39,151 nucleotides of DNA, from sequence record SRR20825019_1295; one strand, written 5' to 3'. Shown piece after piece: positions 1 through 10,958 of this stretch; the first letter of the stretch is position 1, and each line of letters opens with the position of its first letter. The translations under genes were made by a program, and so were the position numbers. The notes under the pieces were generated by a model that saw only the letters and a program-made list of their open reading frames with translations, made no database searches and was not told where the DNA came from.

Positions 1-2
1 CT

Positions 3-173
3 GATAAAAATTATATATTTGAAATACCTACCGGAAGTATCTTCAAAATTTACAATGGTAAAGTTTTCAAAAAAGGATTACAGCGTGTAAAACGCTATGA
101 ATGTGTTGAAATAGCAACAGGAAAAGTATATCTGTTTCAACCTAATGCAGAAGTTGAATTTATTAAAAACTAA
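3..173 (+). CDS. 3' end of a probable SprT-like protein (partial)
   Basis: Open frame DKNYIFEIPTGSIFKIYNGKVFKKG...RYEC...YLFQPNAEV ending TAA at 171-173; resembles the C-terminus of flavobacterial SprT proteins found upstream of manC. Confidence 0.6.
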   Translation, partial: DKNYIFEIPTGSIFKIYNGKVFKKGLQRVKRYECVEIATGKVYLFQPNAEVEFIKN

Positions 174-179
174 CTATTA

Positions 180-1262
180 ATGGAAAATAAAAATTACTAT
201 GCTGTGCTAATGGCTGGTGGTATTGGATCAAGATTTTGGCCTGTAAGCACTACTAGTTTCCCAAAGCAATTTCATGATATGCTAGGCACTGGCTCTTCAT
301 TAATACAAAAAACCTTTGCAAGGCTTTCTAAAACTGTCCCAGAAGAGAATATTTTTATACTCACCAACTCAAAATATGAAGACCTGGTAAAGGAGCAGTT
401 ACCTAATGTAACAGATAGACAAATAGTCCTAGAGCCTGCAATGAGAAATACGGCACCTTGTATATTATTGGCAGCTTTAAAAATTCAGAAAGAAAATCCT
501 GATGCATTAATGCTCGTAGCTCCTAGTGATCATTGGATAGAAGATGAAAATGCTTTTAACGATAATATTCGTACAGCTTTTGATGCTTGCCAAAGACAAC
601 CTATTCTTATGACTCTTGGTATTGAGCCAACTTTTGCAAATACTGGTTATGGTTATATAAATTATATAGAAGACTCTTCTACACCAATAAAGAAAGTTAA
701 GCGTTTTACCGAAAAACCAAATAAAGAGCTTGCAAAACAATTTTTAGCTGACGGCAATTACTTATGGAATGCCGGAATTTTTATTTGGAGTGCTAATACT
801 ATTGTCGAAGCTTTTGAAAAACAAATGCCAGATATGCATCATCTGTTTTTTAGAGGAATTGATGCTTTAAATACAGAACGTGAAACAAAATTCCTTTCAA
901 GAACTTATCCTAAAGCAGATAACATTTCTATAGATTTTGGTATAATGGAAAATGCTGCTGATGTAAGAGTACTACCCGCTACTTTTGACTGGAATGACCT
1001 TGGTACTTGGGGATCTTTATATGAAAAGCTTACCAAAGATTTTCAGAATAATGCAATTGTAAATGCTGAAACATTTGCACCCAACAGTCAAGGAAATATG
1101 ATACACACACAGTCTAACAAAGCTGTGGTAATAGATGGTTTAGAAGATTATATCATTGTAGATAGAGATGATGTTTTAATGATTGTTCCAAAGGAGAAAG
1201 AACAAGACATAAAATCTATTAGTAAATCTGTACAGCAAAAATTAGGTAAAAACTTAAATTAA
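180..1262 (+). CDS. manC: Mannose-1-phosphate guanylyltransferase
   Basis: MAGGIGSRFWP..PKQF, EPAMRNTAP, FTEKP, WNAGIF, SIDFGIME, WNDLGTW motifs. Confidence 0.93.
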   Translation: MENKNYYAVLMAGGIGSRFWPVSTTSFPKQFHDMLGTGSSLIQKTFARLSKTVPEENIFILTNSKYEDLVKEQLPNVTDRQIVLEPAMRNTAPCILLAALKIQKENPDALMLVAPSDHWIEDENAFNDNIRTAFDACQRQPILMTLGIEPTFANTGYGYINYIEDSSTPIKKVKRFTEKPNKELAKQFLADGNYLWNAGIFIWSANTIVEAFEKQMPDMHHLFFRGIDALNTERETKFLSRTYPKADNISIDFGIMENAADVRVLPATFDWNDLGTWGSLYEKLTKDFQNNAIVNAETFAPNSQGNMIHTQSNKAVVIDGLEDYIIVDRDDVLMIVPKEKEQDIKSISKSVQQKLGKNLN

Positions 1263-2722
1263 TGGCAAACGAACCTAATATAGGTAGCAATCCTCCTTTA
1301 GATGAGGAAAACAAAGACTTACGCAAAGAGGCACAAGGTCTTTGGCAACAAATTAAAATTTTTGTTTCAGAGCTTCTGAATATAAAAAATGATACCGATC
1401 GGGATTCGACTATTGAAGCCGTTAAGAAAGACATACCTTTTAAAGGGCATAACGCTTGGATTCTTATCTTTTCAATATTTGTAGCTTCTATCGGGCTTAA
1501 CGTTAGCAGTACTGCTGTTGTTATAGGAGCAATGCTTATTTCTCCATTAATGGGACCAATTGTAGGTATTGGGTTGTCTGTTGCTATTAATGATATTGAC
1601 ACCTTAAGACGATCTTTAGTAAACTTAGGTGTTATGATTTTCCTAAGTGTTATTACTGCATTTATCTATTTTAAAATATCACCTATAACCAAGGCTACTC
1701 CAGAATTATTGGCTCGAATTTACCCAACAATTTTAGACGTACTTGTTGCCTTATTTGGTGGTTTGGCTCTTATTGTAGCTAAAACTAAAAAAGGAACCAT
1801 TGCAAGTGTGATATTTGGTGTTGCTATTGCTACAGCTTTAATGCCACCATTATGTACTGTAGGTTATGGCTTAGCTATTGGTAATTGGAGCTATGCTAGT
1901 GGTGCTATGTATTTATTTTCTATAAATGCAGTATTTATAGCATTATCTACATTTTTAGTATCTAAGTTACTTGGTTTTCCATTAGTAAAATATGCCAACC
2001 AAAAACGTCGTAAGCGTATAGCTTTTATTGCTTCACTAATTGCAATTATAGTTATGGTACCAAGTGTCTACTTATTTATAAACTTGCTTAGAATACAAGT
2101 CTTTGAAACTAAAACAAACGATTTTGTAACCAATGTTATTAAGTATGAGGGTACAGAAGTTGTAAAATCTACTCAAGATTTTAAATCAAAGGATATTAAT
2201 GTGTACTTAATAGGACAACCAGTTCCTAGCAGTAAAATAAATAGTTGGATTGCTGAACTTAAGAAAGATGAAGCGCTTAAAGATGCTAATCTTAAAATTC
2301 ATCAAGGATCAGATCAAAGTAGTGATTTGGCAGAACAACTGAGCTCTTCTGTAAAAGCTGGAATATTAGAAGATCTTTATCTTAAAAATCAAGAAGCACT
2401 TCAAAGTAAAGATGCACGTATCTTATTGTTAGAAGATCAACTTTCTAAATTAAAAGGTGCAGGAATCCCTTTTGAAGGTCTTAGTAGAGAGACAAAAATT
2501 AACTACCCTAACATTCAGCGGTTTTCATTTTCAAATGAATTGGTTAGTACATTTTCTGCTACAGACTCTATTAATACAACTCTAGACACCATTCCTACTT
2601 TTTCTGTAAAGTGGGTAGATAGTATTCCGCAACAAACTATAGTAAAAGACCAAAAAAGACTTAGGGCTTGGCTCTATGAAAAATTTGATATGGACACCAT
2701 AGCCATTAATCGAATTCAATAA
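1262..2722 (+). CDS. DUF389 family membrane protein
   Basis: ASIGLNVSSTAVVIGAMLISPLMGP and GVAIATALMPPLC signatures; multiple TM helices and a soluble C-terminal region. Confidence 0.88.
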   Translation: MANEPNIGSNPPLDEENKDLRKEAQGLWQQIKIFVSELLNIKNDTDRDSTIEAVKKDIPFKGHNAWILIFSIFVASIGLNVSSTAVVIGAMLISPLMGPIVGIGLSVAINDIDTLRRSLVNLGVMIFLSVITAFIYFKISPITKATPELLARIYPTILDVLVALFGGLALIVAKTKKGTIASVIFGVAIATALMPPLCTVGYGLAIGNWSYASGAMYLFSINAVFIALSTFLVSKLLGFPLVKYANQKRRKRIAFIASLIAIIVMVPSVYLFINLLRIQVFETKTNDFVTNVIKYEGTEVVKSTQDFKSKDINVYLIGQPVPSSKINSWIAELKKDEALKDANLKIHQGSDQSSDLAEQLSSSVKAGILEDLYLKNQEALQSKDARILLLEDQLSKLKGAGIPFEGLSRETKINYPNIQRFSFSNELVSTFSATDSINTTLDTIPTFSVKWVDSIPQQTIVKDQKRLRAWLYEKFDMDTIAINRIQ

Positions 2723-2751
2723 AAAAAGCGATCCTAATAGGATCGCTTTTT
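2723..2751. terminator. Bidirectional intrinsic terminator
   Basis: AAAAAGCGATCCT-AAT-AGGATCGCTTTTT perfect stem with A/T tails between convergent genes. Confidence 0.9.
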
Positions 2752-2771
2752 AAATTTTAAGTCTAATTAAA

Positions 2772-3677
2772 TTACTTCTTAATTAGCTTGAAAGATTTGT
2801 TTTGACCATTTACAGTCACTTTAGCTAAGTAAATTCCAGAAGAAAGATCTGCAAGACTTACTTGTGCTTCTTGAGAAGCTAGCTTCATTGTTTTTACTTG
2901 TTTTCCTAATACATTATATAGTTCTACAGATTCTAACACTTCATTAGAAGACATATACAGAGTATTATTTGAGTCTACAAACTGCGTGAAATTCAAAGCT
3001 GCAAATTCTTCAACAGCAAGTGGATTTTCTGCGTAAGTTAAATTATCAAAGTATGCTCCACTTTCAAAATTATCAAATAAGAAAACAGCAGACTCTACAT
3101 TAGTTGCTCCAAATGCTTCTCCTGTATAAATAAGAGAATCATCTATGTAATATAGAATTTCATTATCAGCAAACCTATGCTCTATTTTAAATTCGAAAAA
3201 TGCATTTCTAACAAATGTACCTGCAGGAATAAATGCTAAAGTTTCAGTACCAGTACCATCATCGTCTAATACAGAAACATTGCCTTGAAAATCAAAATTT
3301 ACACGAGCTGTAACCAACTCTTGAGATGGAGATTGGGTGATAATCTGAACATCTGAATTTTCACCTCCAGTTGGAGCAGCTTCAATAAAAGCATCAACGG
3401 TAAATACTACTACATCTGCAGAAGATGTAATTGTTGGCCCTAATGCAACTAAGTTAGATTGACCATTAGTTGGAATTAATTGCAAAGATTGTGTTCCATC
3501 TGTAGCTTGGCCTGTAGAGATTGAAAAATTTGCATCGGCACCGGTTGTATTAGCCCAACCATTTTGACCATTTAGAGCACCAACTGTGAATCCTTCTCCT
3601 GTTTCAAAAGAGGTTTCAATTTGCGCATTTGAATAGAAAGCAACCAGTAAAGCTGCTAACAAAGTAATTTTTTTCAT
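2772..3677 (-). CDS. T9SS type A sorting domain-containing secreted protein
   Basis: Likely start MKKITLLAALLVAFYSNAQ (signal peptide) at 3677; C-terminal YNVLGKQV...LSSGIYLAKV...FKLIKK CTD. Confidence 0.88.
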   Translation of the reverse strand: MKKITLLAALLVAFYSNAQIETSFETGEGFTVGALNGQNGWANTTGADANFSISTGQATDGTQSLQLIPTNGQSNLVALGPTITSSADVVVFTVDAFIEAAPTGGENSDVQIITQSPSQELVTARVNFDFQGNVSVLDDDGTGTETLAFIPAGTFVRNAFFEFKIEHRFADNEILYYIDDSLIYTGEAFGATNVESAVFLFDNFESGAYFDNLTYAENPLAVEEFAALNFTQFVDSNNTLYMSSNEVLESVELYNVLGKQVKTMKLASQEAQVSLADLSSGIYLAKVTVNGQNKSFKLIKK

Positions 3678-3776
3678 AATAAATAGTTTAAAGTTTAGTA
3701 TTTCATCTATAAATGTAAACATTTCATCGGATTTTGTTTACTTTATTTTAATATAAATTATTCAATTTGGCTTATG

Positions 3777-3784
3777 TATCTTTG
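3777..3784 (+). promoter_or_regulatory. Bacteroidota primary-sigma -7 element (TATCTTTG)
   Basis: Matches TAnnTTTG just upstream of the GTG start at 3790. Confidence 0.6.
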
Positions 3785-3789
3785 TAATA

Positions 3790-4767
3790 GTGAAAGTAAT
3801 ATCTAAAATAAAGCAGCCCATTGAACAGGAAATGGAAGACTTTGAAAAGCGTTTTCGCCAATCCATGTCTTCTCAAGTGGCACTCCTAAATCGCATAACC
3901 CATTATGTGGTTAATAGAAAAGGAAAGCAAATGCGCCCAATGTTTGTGTTTCTTGTGGCTAAGATGGTAAGTGAAGGTTCTGTAAACGATCGTACCTACC
4001 GTGGTGCGGCTGTTATTGAGCTTATACATACGGCCACATTGGTACATGATGATATTGTAGACGACTCTAATAGGCGTCGTGGTTTTTTCTCTATTAATGC
4101 GCTTTGGAAAAACAAAATTGCAGTTCTTGTAGGGGATTATCTGCTATCTAAAGGTTTATTATTATCTATTGACAACAATGATTTTGATTTACTTAAAATT
4201 ATTTCGGTTGCAGTAAGAGAAATGAGTGAAGGTGAACTTTTACAAATTGAAAAAGCGCGCCGTTTAGACATAACTGAAGATGTATACTACGACATAATCA
4301 AGAAGAAAACGGCCACTTTAATTGCCGCTTGTTGTAGTTTGGGCGCTGCATCTGTTAACCCAAATTCTGATGATGTTACGCTTATGCGTTTATTTGGTGA
4401 GAAGATAGGTATGGCTTTTCAAATTAAAGACGATTTGTTTGATTATGGAAATACTGCTATTGGTAAACCTACCGGAATTGATATAAAAGAACAGAAAATG
4501 ACACTGCCACTTATTTACACACTTAATACTGTAAGTAAAGAAGACAAACGTTGGTTAATTAACTCCGTTAAAAACCATAACAAGGACAAGGCTCGTGTAA
4601 ATAAGGTTATTGAATTTGTAAAAGAAAATGGAGGCTTAGAGTATGCAGTTATGCAAATGAAACAGTTTCAAAAAGAAGCTTTAGCACTATTAGAAAAATT
4701 TCCGCCTTCACCTTATAAAGAAAGTTTAGAACTTATGGTAAATTACGTGATAGAGCGTAAAAAATAA
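3790..4767 (+). CDS. ispB: Polyprenyl diphosphate synthase (IspB-like)
   Basis: GKQMRP, LVHDDIVDDSNRRRG (FARM), FQIKDDLFD (SARM). Confidence 0.85.
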   Translation: MKVISKIKQPIEQEMEDFEKRFRQSMSSQVALLNRITHYVVNRKGKQMRPMFVFLVAKMVSEGSVNDRTYRGAAVIELIHTATLVHDDIVDDSNRRRGFFSINALWKNKIAVLVGDYLLSKGLLLSIDNNDFDLLKIISVAVREMSEGELLQIEKARRLDITEDVYYDIIKKKTATLIAACCSLGAASVNPNSDDVTLMRLFGEKIGMAFQIKDDLFDYGNTAIGKPTGIDIKEQKMTLPLIYTLNTVSKEDKRWLINSVKNHNKDKARVNKVIEFVKENGGLEYAVMQMKQFQKEALALLEKFPPSPYKESLELMVNYVIERKK

Positions 4768-4770
4768 AGC

Positions 4771-6156
4771 TTAGGTTAATAAAGGCCTCTTGTGTTTTAC
4801 TATCCAAATTTCATATACTGCCATTCCTATAACAACCAAATACTCAACAGCTACCAGCCACAAGTTTTCGTTAAATTCTTCGCCATATGCACTATAGCTT
4901 AGCATAACTAACAGAGACCAAACTATTGCAAACCTATACCTTGTAAATACAGACAGCAACAACGGCGTTGCCACATACCAAGGATGCACTGTTGTAGAAA
5001 GTAAAAAGTAAACACTTACAGCAAATAACATAGCAACCAGTAATTGGGCTGTGGTTTCTATACGCTTAAATGTAGCAATAGTAAGAATGCTTAAAACAAC
5101 TACTATTGGTAATATTTTTCCAACTGTACCAATAATATTCCAACCTATAGTTTGAAAGCCAATCCATCTTATTATGTAATATACACTAGCATTAAATTCG
5201 AAATTTTGAAACCAAAGTCCAATAGTATTCAGAAAATTAGTGATGAAATCTATTGATAAAAACGGAAGAAAAGTAACGAGTGTGGTTAGTATTACTATAC
5301 CATAAAAACATACTAATGTTTTAATGTTTATTGAAGCTATTCGATTTAGAAACGAAGCCTCTTTAAGGTCTTTAGTATTAAAATAAGTTAATAATAAAGG
5401 CAACAAAAGTAACGGCAATAATTTAACTGAAATAGATACACCTATTAACACAGCAGCCCAAGCCCATTTTTTGTTATGTAATAAATATAAGGCCCACATA
5501 AAAAAGAAAAGCATAACACTCTCAAAATGTAAATTCCCAGAAAACTCAATGATGACAAATGGATTTAATATAAACCAAAAAATAAAATGCTTTGGTAATT
5601 TAAGTGATTTTAATAGCTTACTCCCAAAATACAGAATACCTAAGTCTGCCAATATAATAGTAAGGCGAAGTACAACTGCTCCGCCAAGTATCGAGTTTTT
5701 TGATAACCAACCAGATATAAGAAAAAACAGTTGATTTATTGGTGGATAATTTGTGTAGTGTCCTGCATTTAAAGCGCCCATACCTTTATATAAAGCATCA
5801 GACTGTGCTACTGGCTGCAAACCTTGATCTATAAAAGATTGTACAGTTTGCAAATAGGGATTTATACCTTGAGCAAGCAATCTGCCATCCCATAAAAATC
5901 TGTAAAAATCTTGTGATAAACCTGGCAACGTACCAATAAACACCAGTCTTGCTGTGAAAGCAACACCAACTAAAAACCAGAAATAAACACGAGCTCTTTT
6001 ATATAGAGCGTAGGATAAAAAGAAAAGACCTACAATTAAGGATATTAATTTAGGAAAATCTGCTCTATTTAAATCATATGCAAAAGCGGCATACATTGCC
6101 AAGAGACTTAAGGTTAAAAACCCAGTAAGTATGTGGTGCTTCACAAAAGCATTCAT
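4771..6156 (-). CDS. GT-C fold membrane glycosyltransferase (GT87-like, polyprenol-phosphate-mannose dependent)
   Basis: LSQDFYRFLWDG, NPY, YPP, HFES, VHPWY motifs; many TM helices. Confidence 0.75.
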   Translation of the reverse strand: MNAFVKHHILTGFLTLSLLAMYAAFAYDLNRADFPKLISLIVGLFFLSYALYKRARVYFWFLVGVAFTARLVFIGTLPGLSQDFYRFLWDGRLLAQGINPYLQTVQSFIDQGLQPVAQSDALYKGMGALNAGHYTNYPPINQLFFLISGWLSKNSILGGAVVLRLTIILADLGILYFGSKLLKSLKLPKHFIFWFILNPFVIIEFSGNLHFESVMLFFFMWALYLLHNKKWAWAAVLIGVSISVKLLPLLLLPLLLTYFNTKDLKEASFLNRIASINIKTLVCFYGIVILTTLVTFLPFLSIDFITNFLNTIGLWFQNFEFNASVYYIIRWIGFQTIGWNIIGTVGKILPIVVVLSILTIATFKRIETTAQLLVAMLFAVSVYFLLSTTVHPWYVATPLLLSVFTRYRFAIVWSLLVMLSYSAYGEEFNENLWLVAVEYLVVIGMAVYEIWIVKHKRPLLT

Positions 6157-6165
6157 AATTAGAAT

Positions 6166-7638
6166 TTAGCCTTTTGCAAATAACGATTTTAGACCGACAA
6201 ACCCAAATCCTGCAAAAAGCATAAGGTGAAAAATAATAAGCCCAAAATCTCCTGTGGTAAATGCACTATAAATAGCATATCCAAAATACAGCATTAAAAC
6301 CAACTCAATTATAGTGTTTCCAGATACATTTTGACTCAAATATTTATTGCCTTTCCAAGAATCTTTAATACTATTAATATTAAACTTTGGGGTTCTTACA
6401 AACTCAGATTTCTTTCCTAAGTGACCTTCTATCACCGCAACCGAATTATGTACAGAAAAACCCATTGCAACTGAAAAGAAAGTAAAGAACATGCCAATGA
6501 ACCTTATAAAATTTTTAAATCCGCCACCATGAATTTTTTTGTAAGTAAGCCAATAGCTTATAAAAAAAATAAGTGTACTTAATCCAAAAAAAGCAATAAC
6601 ATTAAAATACCAGCTAAAGTCTGGATTGTTGTTTTTTATAAATAGTACAGGTACACTTAATATAGCCACCAACAATACTAGTAAAAACATGCTACTGTTA
6701 AGTAAATGAAAAAAGCTATGAAATTTAGTTTTTGCAGAGACTGTTTTGTCTGTAAACAAACGCCAATACAGTTTCTGAAAGTTTTCTGCAGCGCCTTTGT
6801 TCCATCTAAATTGTTGAGATCTTGCTGCACTTATAACAACCGGTAATTCTGCTGGAGTCTCAACATCTTCTAAATACTTAAACTTCCAATCTTTTAGCTG
6901 TGCACGATAGCTTAAATCTAAATCTTCAGTTAAGGTATCGCCTTGCCAGTCACCAGCATCTAAAATGCAGGATTTTCTCCAAACGCCTGCTGTACCATTA
7001 AAGTTTATAAAATGGTTTCCAAAATTTCGGCCTACTTGTTCTAATATAAAATGAAAATCGAGTGCAAATGCCTGCACCTTTGTAAGCATAGAATAGTTTC
7101 TATTAATATGTCCCCAACGGGTTTGCACCACACCAATTTGTTCATCTTTAAAGTAGGGAATGGTTTTTAGTAACCAGTTTGGTTTTGGCAAAAAATCTGC
7201 ATCAAAAATGGCTATAAATTCACCTTTTGCAATTTTTAAACCTTCTTTTAAAGCACCTGCTTTAAACCCTTTTCTATTTACTCTGGTTATGTGAATAATG
7301 TCAAGACCGTTAGCTCTTAATTCTTCAATTTGGTCTTTGGTTTGCAAAACAGATTCATCTGTTGAGTCATCTAAAACTTGTATTTCTAACCTATCTTTAG
7401 GATACTCTATAGTTGCAATATTATTCAACAAACGTTCAACAACGTATTTTTCATTATACAAAGGAAGTTGTATAGTAACATAAGGAACCTCGTGTGGATT
7501 GTTTAAGTTGAAGGTTTCACAATCCTGTTTACTCTTTTTTGCTTTTAAGTAATTAAAATAAAGATTGAGCTGCGCCAAACTGTAGAAGAATATTAACAGT
7601 AAAGCTAATGTGTAGATAATAATGATAATCAAGTCCAT
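6166..7638 (-). CDS. Processive GT2, cellulose synthase-like (CslA-type)
   Basis: LDDS, FKAGAL, FDAD, TEDLDL and QQFRW (D,D,D,QxxRW); N- and C-terminal TM helices. Confidence 0.85.
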   Translation of the reverse strand: MDLIIIIIYTLALLLIFFYSLAQLNLYFNYLKAKKSKQDCETFNLNNPHEVPYVTIQLPLYNEKYVVERLLNNIATIEYPKDRLEIQVLDDSTDESVLQTKDQIEELRANGLDIIHITRVNRKGFKAGALKEGLKIAKGEFIAIFDADFLPKPNWLLKTIPYFKDEQIGVVQTRWGHINRNYSMLTKVQAFALDFHFILEQVGRNFGNHFINFNGTAGVWRKSCILDAGDWQGDTLTEDLDLSYRAQLKDWKFKYLEDVETPAELPVVISAARSQQFRWNKGAAENFQKLYWRLFTDKTVSAKTKFHSFFHLLNSSMFLLVLLVAILSVPVLFIKNNNPDFSWYFNVIAFFGLSTLIFFISYWLTYKKIHGGGFKNFIRFIGMFFTFFSVAMGFSVHNSVAVIEGHLGKKSEFVRTPKFNINSIKDSWKGNKYLSQNVSGNTIIELVLMLYFGYAIYSAFTTGDFGLIIFHLMLFAGFGFVGLKSLFAKG

Positions 7639-8333
7639 TACTTGAAACTGTATTTAAAGATCCAACCTAAAATTTTAACGCCAGCAAATATAGCACCTTT
7701 TAAAGTGCCTGATATTTTAGAGACACCTATTCTGTTTCTATACGGCACTTTAACTTCTGTATATGCCAATCTTTGCTTTAATGCCTTTAGTTGCATCTCA
7801 ACTGTCCAGCCATAAGTTTTGTCTTCCATCTCAAGACCCAGTAATGTGTCATATTTTATGGCTCTAAAAGGACCAAGGTCTGTAAATCTACTTTTAAAAA
7901 AGAGTTTCATTAAACGAGTTGCTAGCCAGTTACCAAAGATTTGGGGTGTAGTCATACTACCATCTTCTCTAAGCTCTTTTGACCTAGCACCAATAACTAA
8001 ATCGACATCGCACTTAATAATTGGCCTTACTATGGCATCTAAATACTCTGGGTAATCACTATAATCGCCATCTAGAAAAACTATAATATCTGGCTTTACC
8101 AAACTTTCTTTTATATAAGCCAAACCTTTTAAACAGGCATAGCCATAACCTCTTTGGTTTTCCTCTAAAACTGTAGCTCCAGCACTTTCTGCAATGGCAA
8201 TAGTTTTATCTGTTGAGTTGTTACTAACCACAATAACCTCATTAACATGTTTGGGAATATCTGCAATAACACGACCAATTGAATTGGCTTCATTAAATGC
8301 TGGAATGATGACTTTTATATGGGGTTCTTTCAA
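7638..8333 (-). CDS. GT2 glycosyltransferase (polyprenol-phosphate sugar synthase-like)
   Basis: IIPAFNE, STD, GYG, FLDGD, DLVIGAR; TTG start. Confidence 0.8.
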   Translation of the reverse strand: MKEPHIKVIIPAFNEANSIGRVIADIPKHVNEVIVVSNNSTDKTIAIAESAGATVLEENQRGYGYACLKGLAYIKESLVKPDIIVFLDGDYSDYPEYLDAIVRPIIKCDVDLVIGARSKELREDGSMTTPQIFGNWLATRLMKLFFKSRFTDLGPFRAIKYDTLLGLEMEDKTYGWTVEMQLKALKQRLAYTEVKVPYRNRIGVSKISGTLKGAIFAGVKILGWIFKYSFK

Positions 8334-8433
8334 AACGTTTGTTAAGTTGAAAATGTGGGTTACCTAAAAAATTAGAGGTTAGTTTTTATAATCTTGGTGT
8401 TAGACGAGTTTCTCTCTAAATGCTAACATAGCT

Positions 8434-9597
8434 TTAAAGTGAAACCAAAATTGAAACAGAATTTCCGCCAAAACCTACAGCATTTACAAGTATGTTCTTA
8501 ATTCTTTTAGGTTGAATTTGATTTTCAATAAAAGGAACTCCTATAAATTTTTGATGCTTTAGCATAAGAAGCGCCATTTCTAAACTTAATATTCCTGAAG
8601 CTCCAAATGTATGACCTAGTTGCCATTTATTTGAAGTTACAGCTGGCATATGTTCTCCAAAGACATCTTTAATAGCATTTATTTCAGCTTGATCGCCTTT
8701 AACAGTTCCTGGCGCATGGCATACCACAACATCTATATCTTTCGGGTTTATTTGCTTTATTGCCATACGCATTGAAGCCTGCATACAAGCCGCATCTTTA
8801 GAAATTGAAGCACTATGTTTTAATGTCTCTGTTCCAAAACCAATCCCTTTAATCTCACCAACATTTTGTTCAGATTGTATTTTAGATAAAGTTATTAAAC
8901 CAGAACCTTCACCTAAAATCATAGAATTTCGCGTTTTACTTAAGTTAAGTGCTTGGTTTGGATAGTTAGGGTTTTTTACCTGACCAACCTCAGCATAAAT
9001 TTTCATAGCTCGCATTTGCGCTATGGTAAAAGGAGTTAATGGTGCTTCACTACCACCAACTATAAACTCTTCAGCCATTTGTGCTTGCAACCAAGCTACT
9101 CCATTTAATATCGCATGAAATGCTGTAGAACATGTTATACTATGAGAAAACCTAGGGCCTTTGCTTTGTAAATCTTGAGCTAGCCAACTGGATATATTCC
9201 CTAAAGTAGTAGTAGGTGAGCTTAATGTAGAGGTTTGTCCAGATTTTATGTATTGCTCATGATAATTTTCAAACAACGTAGTGGCACCTCTAGATGACCC
9301 TACGTTTATTCCAAAATCTGTTGTGTTAAGCGGTGCTTTTAAAATTAAACCTCTTCCACATAGCATTGCGTACAACACAGAGTTATCTAACTCTGCATAT
9401 AATTTATCAGATTGTTTTAATTGCTCAACACGTTCTTTATCTATGTTAGAAAGCTCTCCAACAAATGTTGAAATATCATCTATTTTCTTAGATTTTAAAA
9501 AAGAGCGTTGAGACAAATAATTAGTCCAAATATCATCAGGATGGCTTCCCAAAGCAGAAACTGTAGATATGCCTTTTATATATATTGGGTGTTGCAA
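8434..9597 (-). CDS. FabF/FabB-like beta-ketoacyl synthase in the biotin operon
   Basis: ITCST (Cys), CHAPGT and LGHTFGA (His, His), LGEGSG, NAVGFGG. Confidence 0.8.
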   Translation of the reverse strand: MQHPIYIKGISTVSALGSHPDDIWTNYLSQRSFLKSKKIDDISTFVGELSNIDKERVEQLKQSDKLYAELDNSVLYAMLCGRGLILKAPLNTTDFGINVGSSRGATTLFENYHEQYIKSGQTSTLSSPTTTLGNISSWLAQDLQSKGPRFSHSITCSTAFHAILNGVAWLQAQMAEEFIVGGSEAPLTPFTIAQMRAMKIYAEVGQVKNPNYPNQALNLSKTRNSMILGEGSGLITLSKIQSEQNVGEIKGIGFGTETLKHSASISKDAACMQASMRMAIKQINPKDIDVVVCHAPGTVKGDQAEINAIKDVFGEHMPAVTSNKWQLGHTFGASGILSLEMALLMLKHQKFIGVPFIENQIQPKRIKNILVNAVGFGGNSVSILVSL

Positions 9598-9671
9598 AGC
9601 GTAGATTTAATGCTGCAAATATCGTGAATAGTAGCCGAGTTTATTGGCCTTAACTTAAAAATTTAGATGCC

Positions 9672-10958
9672 CTAAGAAAAAGACTCTAAAGCCTCCAGTA
9701 TAGCACTATAAACAGCTTGTAATTGTGCTTCTGTAATTACAAATGGTGGCAAAATATAAATTGTATTTCCGAGAGGTCTTAAATAAACACCTTTATCCAT
9801 AAAAAACTGAAAAAGCTTATTTCTTAAATCGCCATAGCGCTCCATTTCTACATCCATTTCAAAAGCTAGAATAACACCGCTTTGCCTCGGATTAAGCACC
9901 TTTGGATGGGCTGAAATTTTATTAAGAAACTCTCCATGAGCTTTAATTATGTAAGCTTGCTGTTCTTTTATTTCTTGAGATTGCAATAACTCTAAGCCTG
10001 CTAAAGCAGTTGCGCAGGCAATAGGGTTTGCAGAATAGGTATGTGCATGAAATAAACCTTTACCAACATTATCATCTAAAAAGGCATCATAAATATCTTG
10101 AGAACAGGTTGTAATACCCATAGGAACTAAACCAGCTGTTAGTGCTTTGGAAAGACATATAACGTCTGGTAATTCTTTAATATTTAAAGATGCGAAATAT
10201 GTACCTGTCTTGCCAAAGCCTGTCATCACCTCATCTGCAACAGTTATAATTTTGTTTGTTTTACATATCTTAAGTATTTCATTTAAACCTTGTGCATCGT
10301 ACATTTTCATACCAGCAGCACCTTGTACTAATGGTTCATAAACAAATCCCGCAATATTATGAGTTTCAATCAATGCGTTTAGTTGTTTTAAAACCTCAGC
10401 ATTATTTGTTCCGTCTGGAGTTGGAATACGTACTACTTTTAAAAAGTGATCATCAAAAGGGCCATTATAAACAGATAGACCACTCACACTCATAGCTCCA
10501 AAAGTATCGCCATGAAATCCGTTTTCAAAAGCTAAAAGTGTATCTCTTTTATCGTTGTTATTATGATGAAATTGCAGTGCCATTTTAATACCAATCTCAA
10601 CAGATGTTGAACCATTGTCATTAAACATTACTTTGGCTTGGTTCTTAGGCAAAATAGATAAAAGTTCTTCGGCAAGTTTTACTGCTGGTTCATGTGTAAA
10701 GCCTGTAAATACAACTTGATCTAAAGTTTGCATTTGTTTAAAAGCACTCTCAAGTATGTAATCGTTACAATGGCCATACATTGCAGTGTACCATGATGCA
10801 ATAGCGTCTATATACTCCTTACCGTTTTCATCATAAAGCAAAGCTGCTTTTGCTTTACTAATTGCCAATGGCAATCTAGCTGTTTTGTGTTGTGTTAATG
10901 GGTGCCAAATTGTTTTGCTATCTCTCTTACTTAAGCTCATTCTTAAATTTTTCTGCAT
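9672..10958 (-). CDS. bioA: Adenosylmethionine-8-amino-7-oxononanoate aminotransferase
   Basis: WHPLTQ, FHGDTFGAMSV, DEVMTGFGKTG, SKALTAG, LRPLG; true start may be the second Met. Confidence 0.93.
   Translation of the reverse strand: MQKNLRMSLSKRDSKTIWHPLTQHKTARLPLAISKAKAALLYDENGKEYIDAIASWYTAMYGHCNDYILESAFKQMQTLDQVVFTGFTHEPAVKLAEELLSILPKNQAKVMFNDNGSTSVEIGIKMALQFHHNNNDKRDTLLAFENGFHGDTFGAMSVSGLSVYNGPFDDHFLKVVRIPTPDGTNNAEVLKQLNALIETHNIAGFVYEPLVQGAAGMKMYDAQGLNEILKICKTNKIITVADEVMTGFGKTGTYFASLNIKELPDVICLSKALTAGLVPMGITTCSQDIYDAFLDDNVGKGLFHAHTYSANPIACATALAGLELLQSQEIKEQQAYIIKAHGEFLNKISAHPKVLNPRQSGVILAFEMDVEMERYGDLRNKLFQFFMDKGVYLRPLGNTIYILPPFVITEAQLQAVYSAILEALESFS

Noticed and set aside
3678-3722. Longer N-terminus for the T9SS protein
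   Set aside because: The signal peptide begins at MKKITLL (3677).
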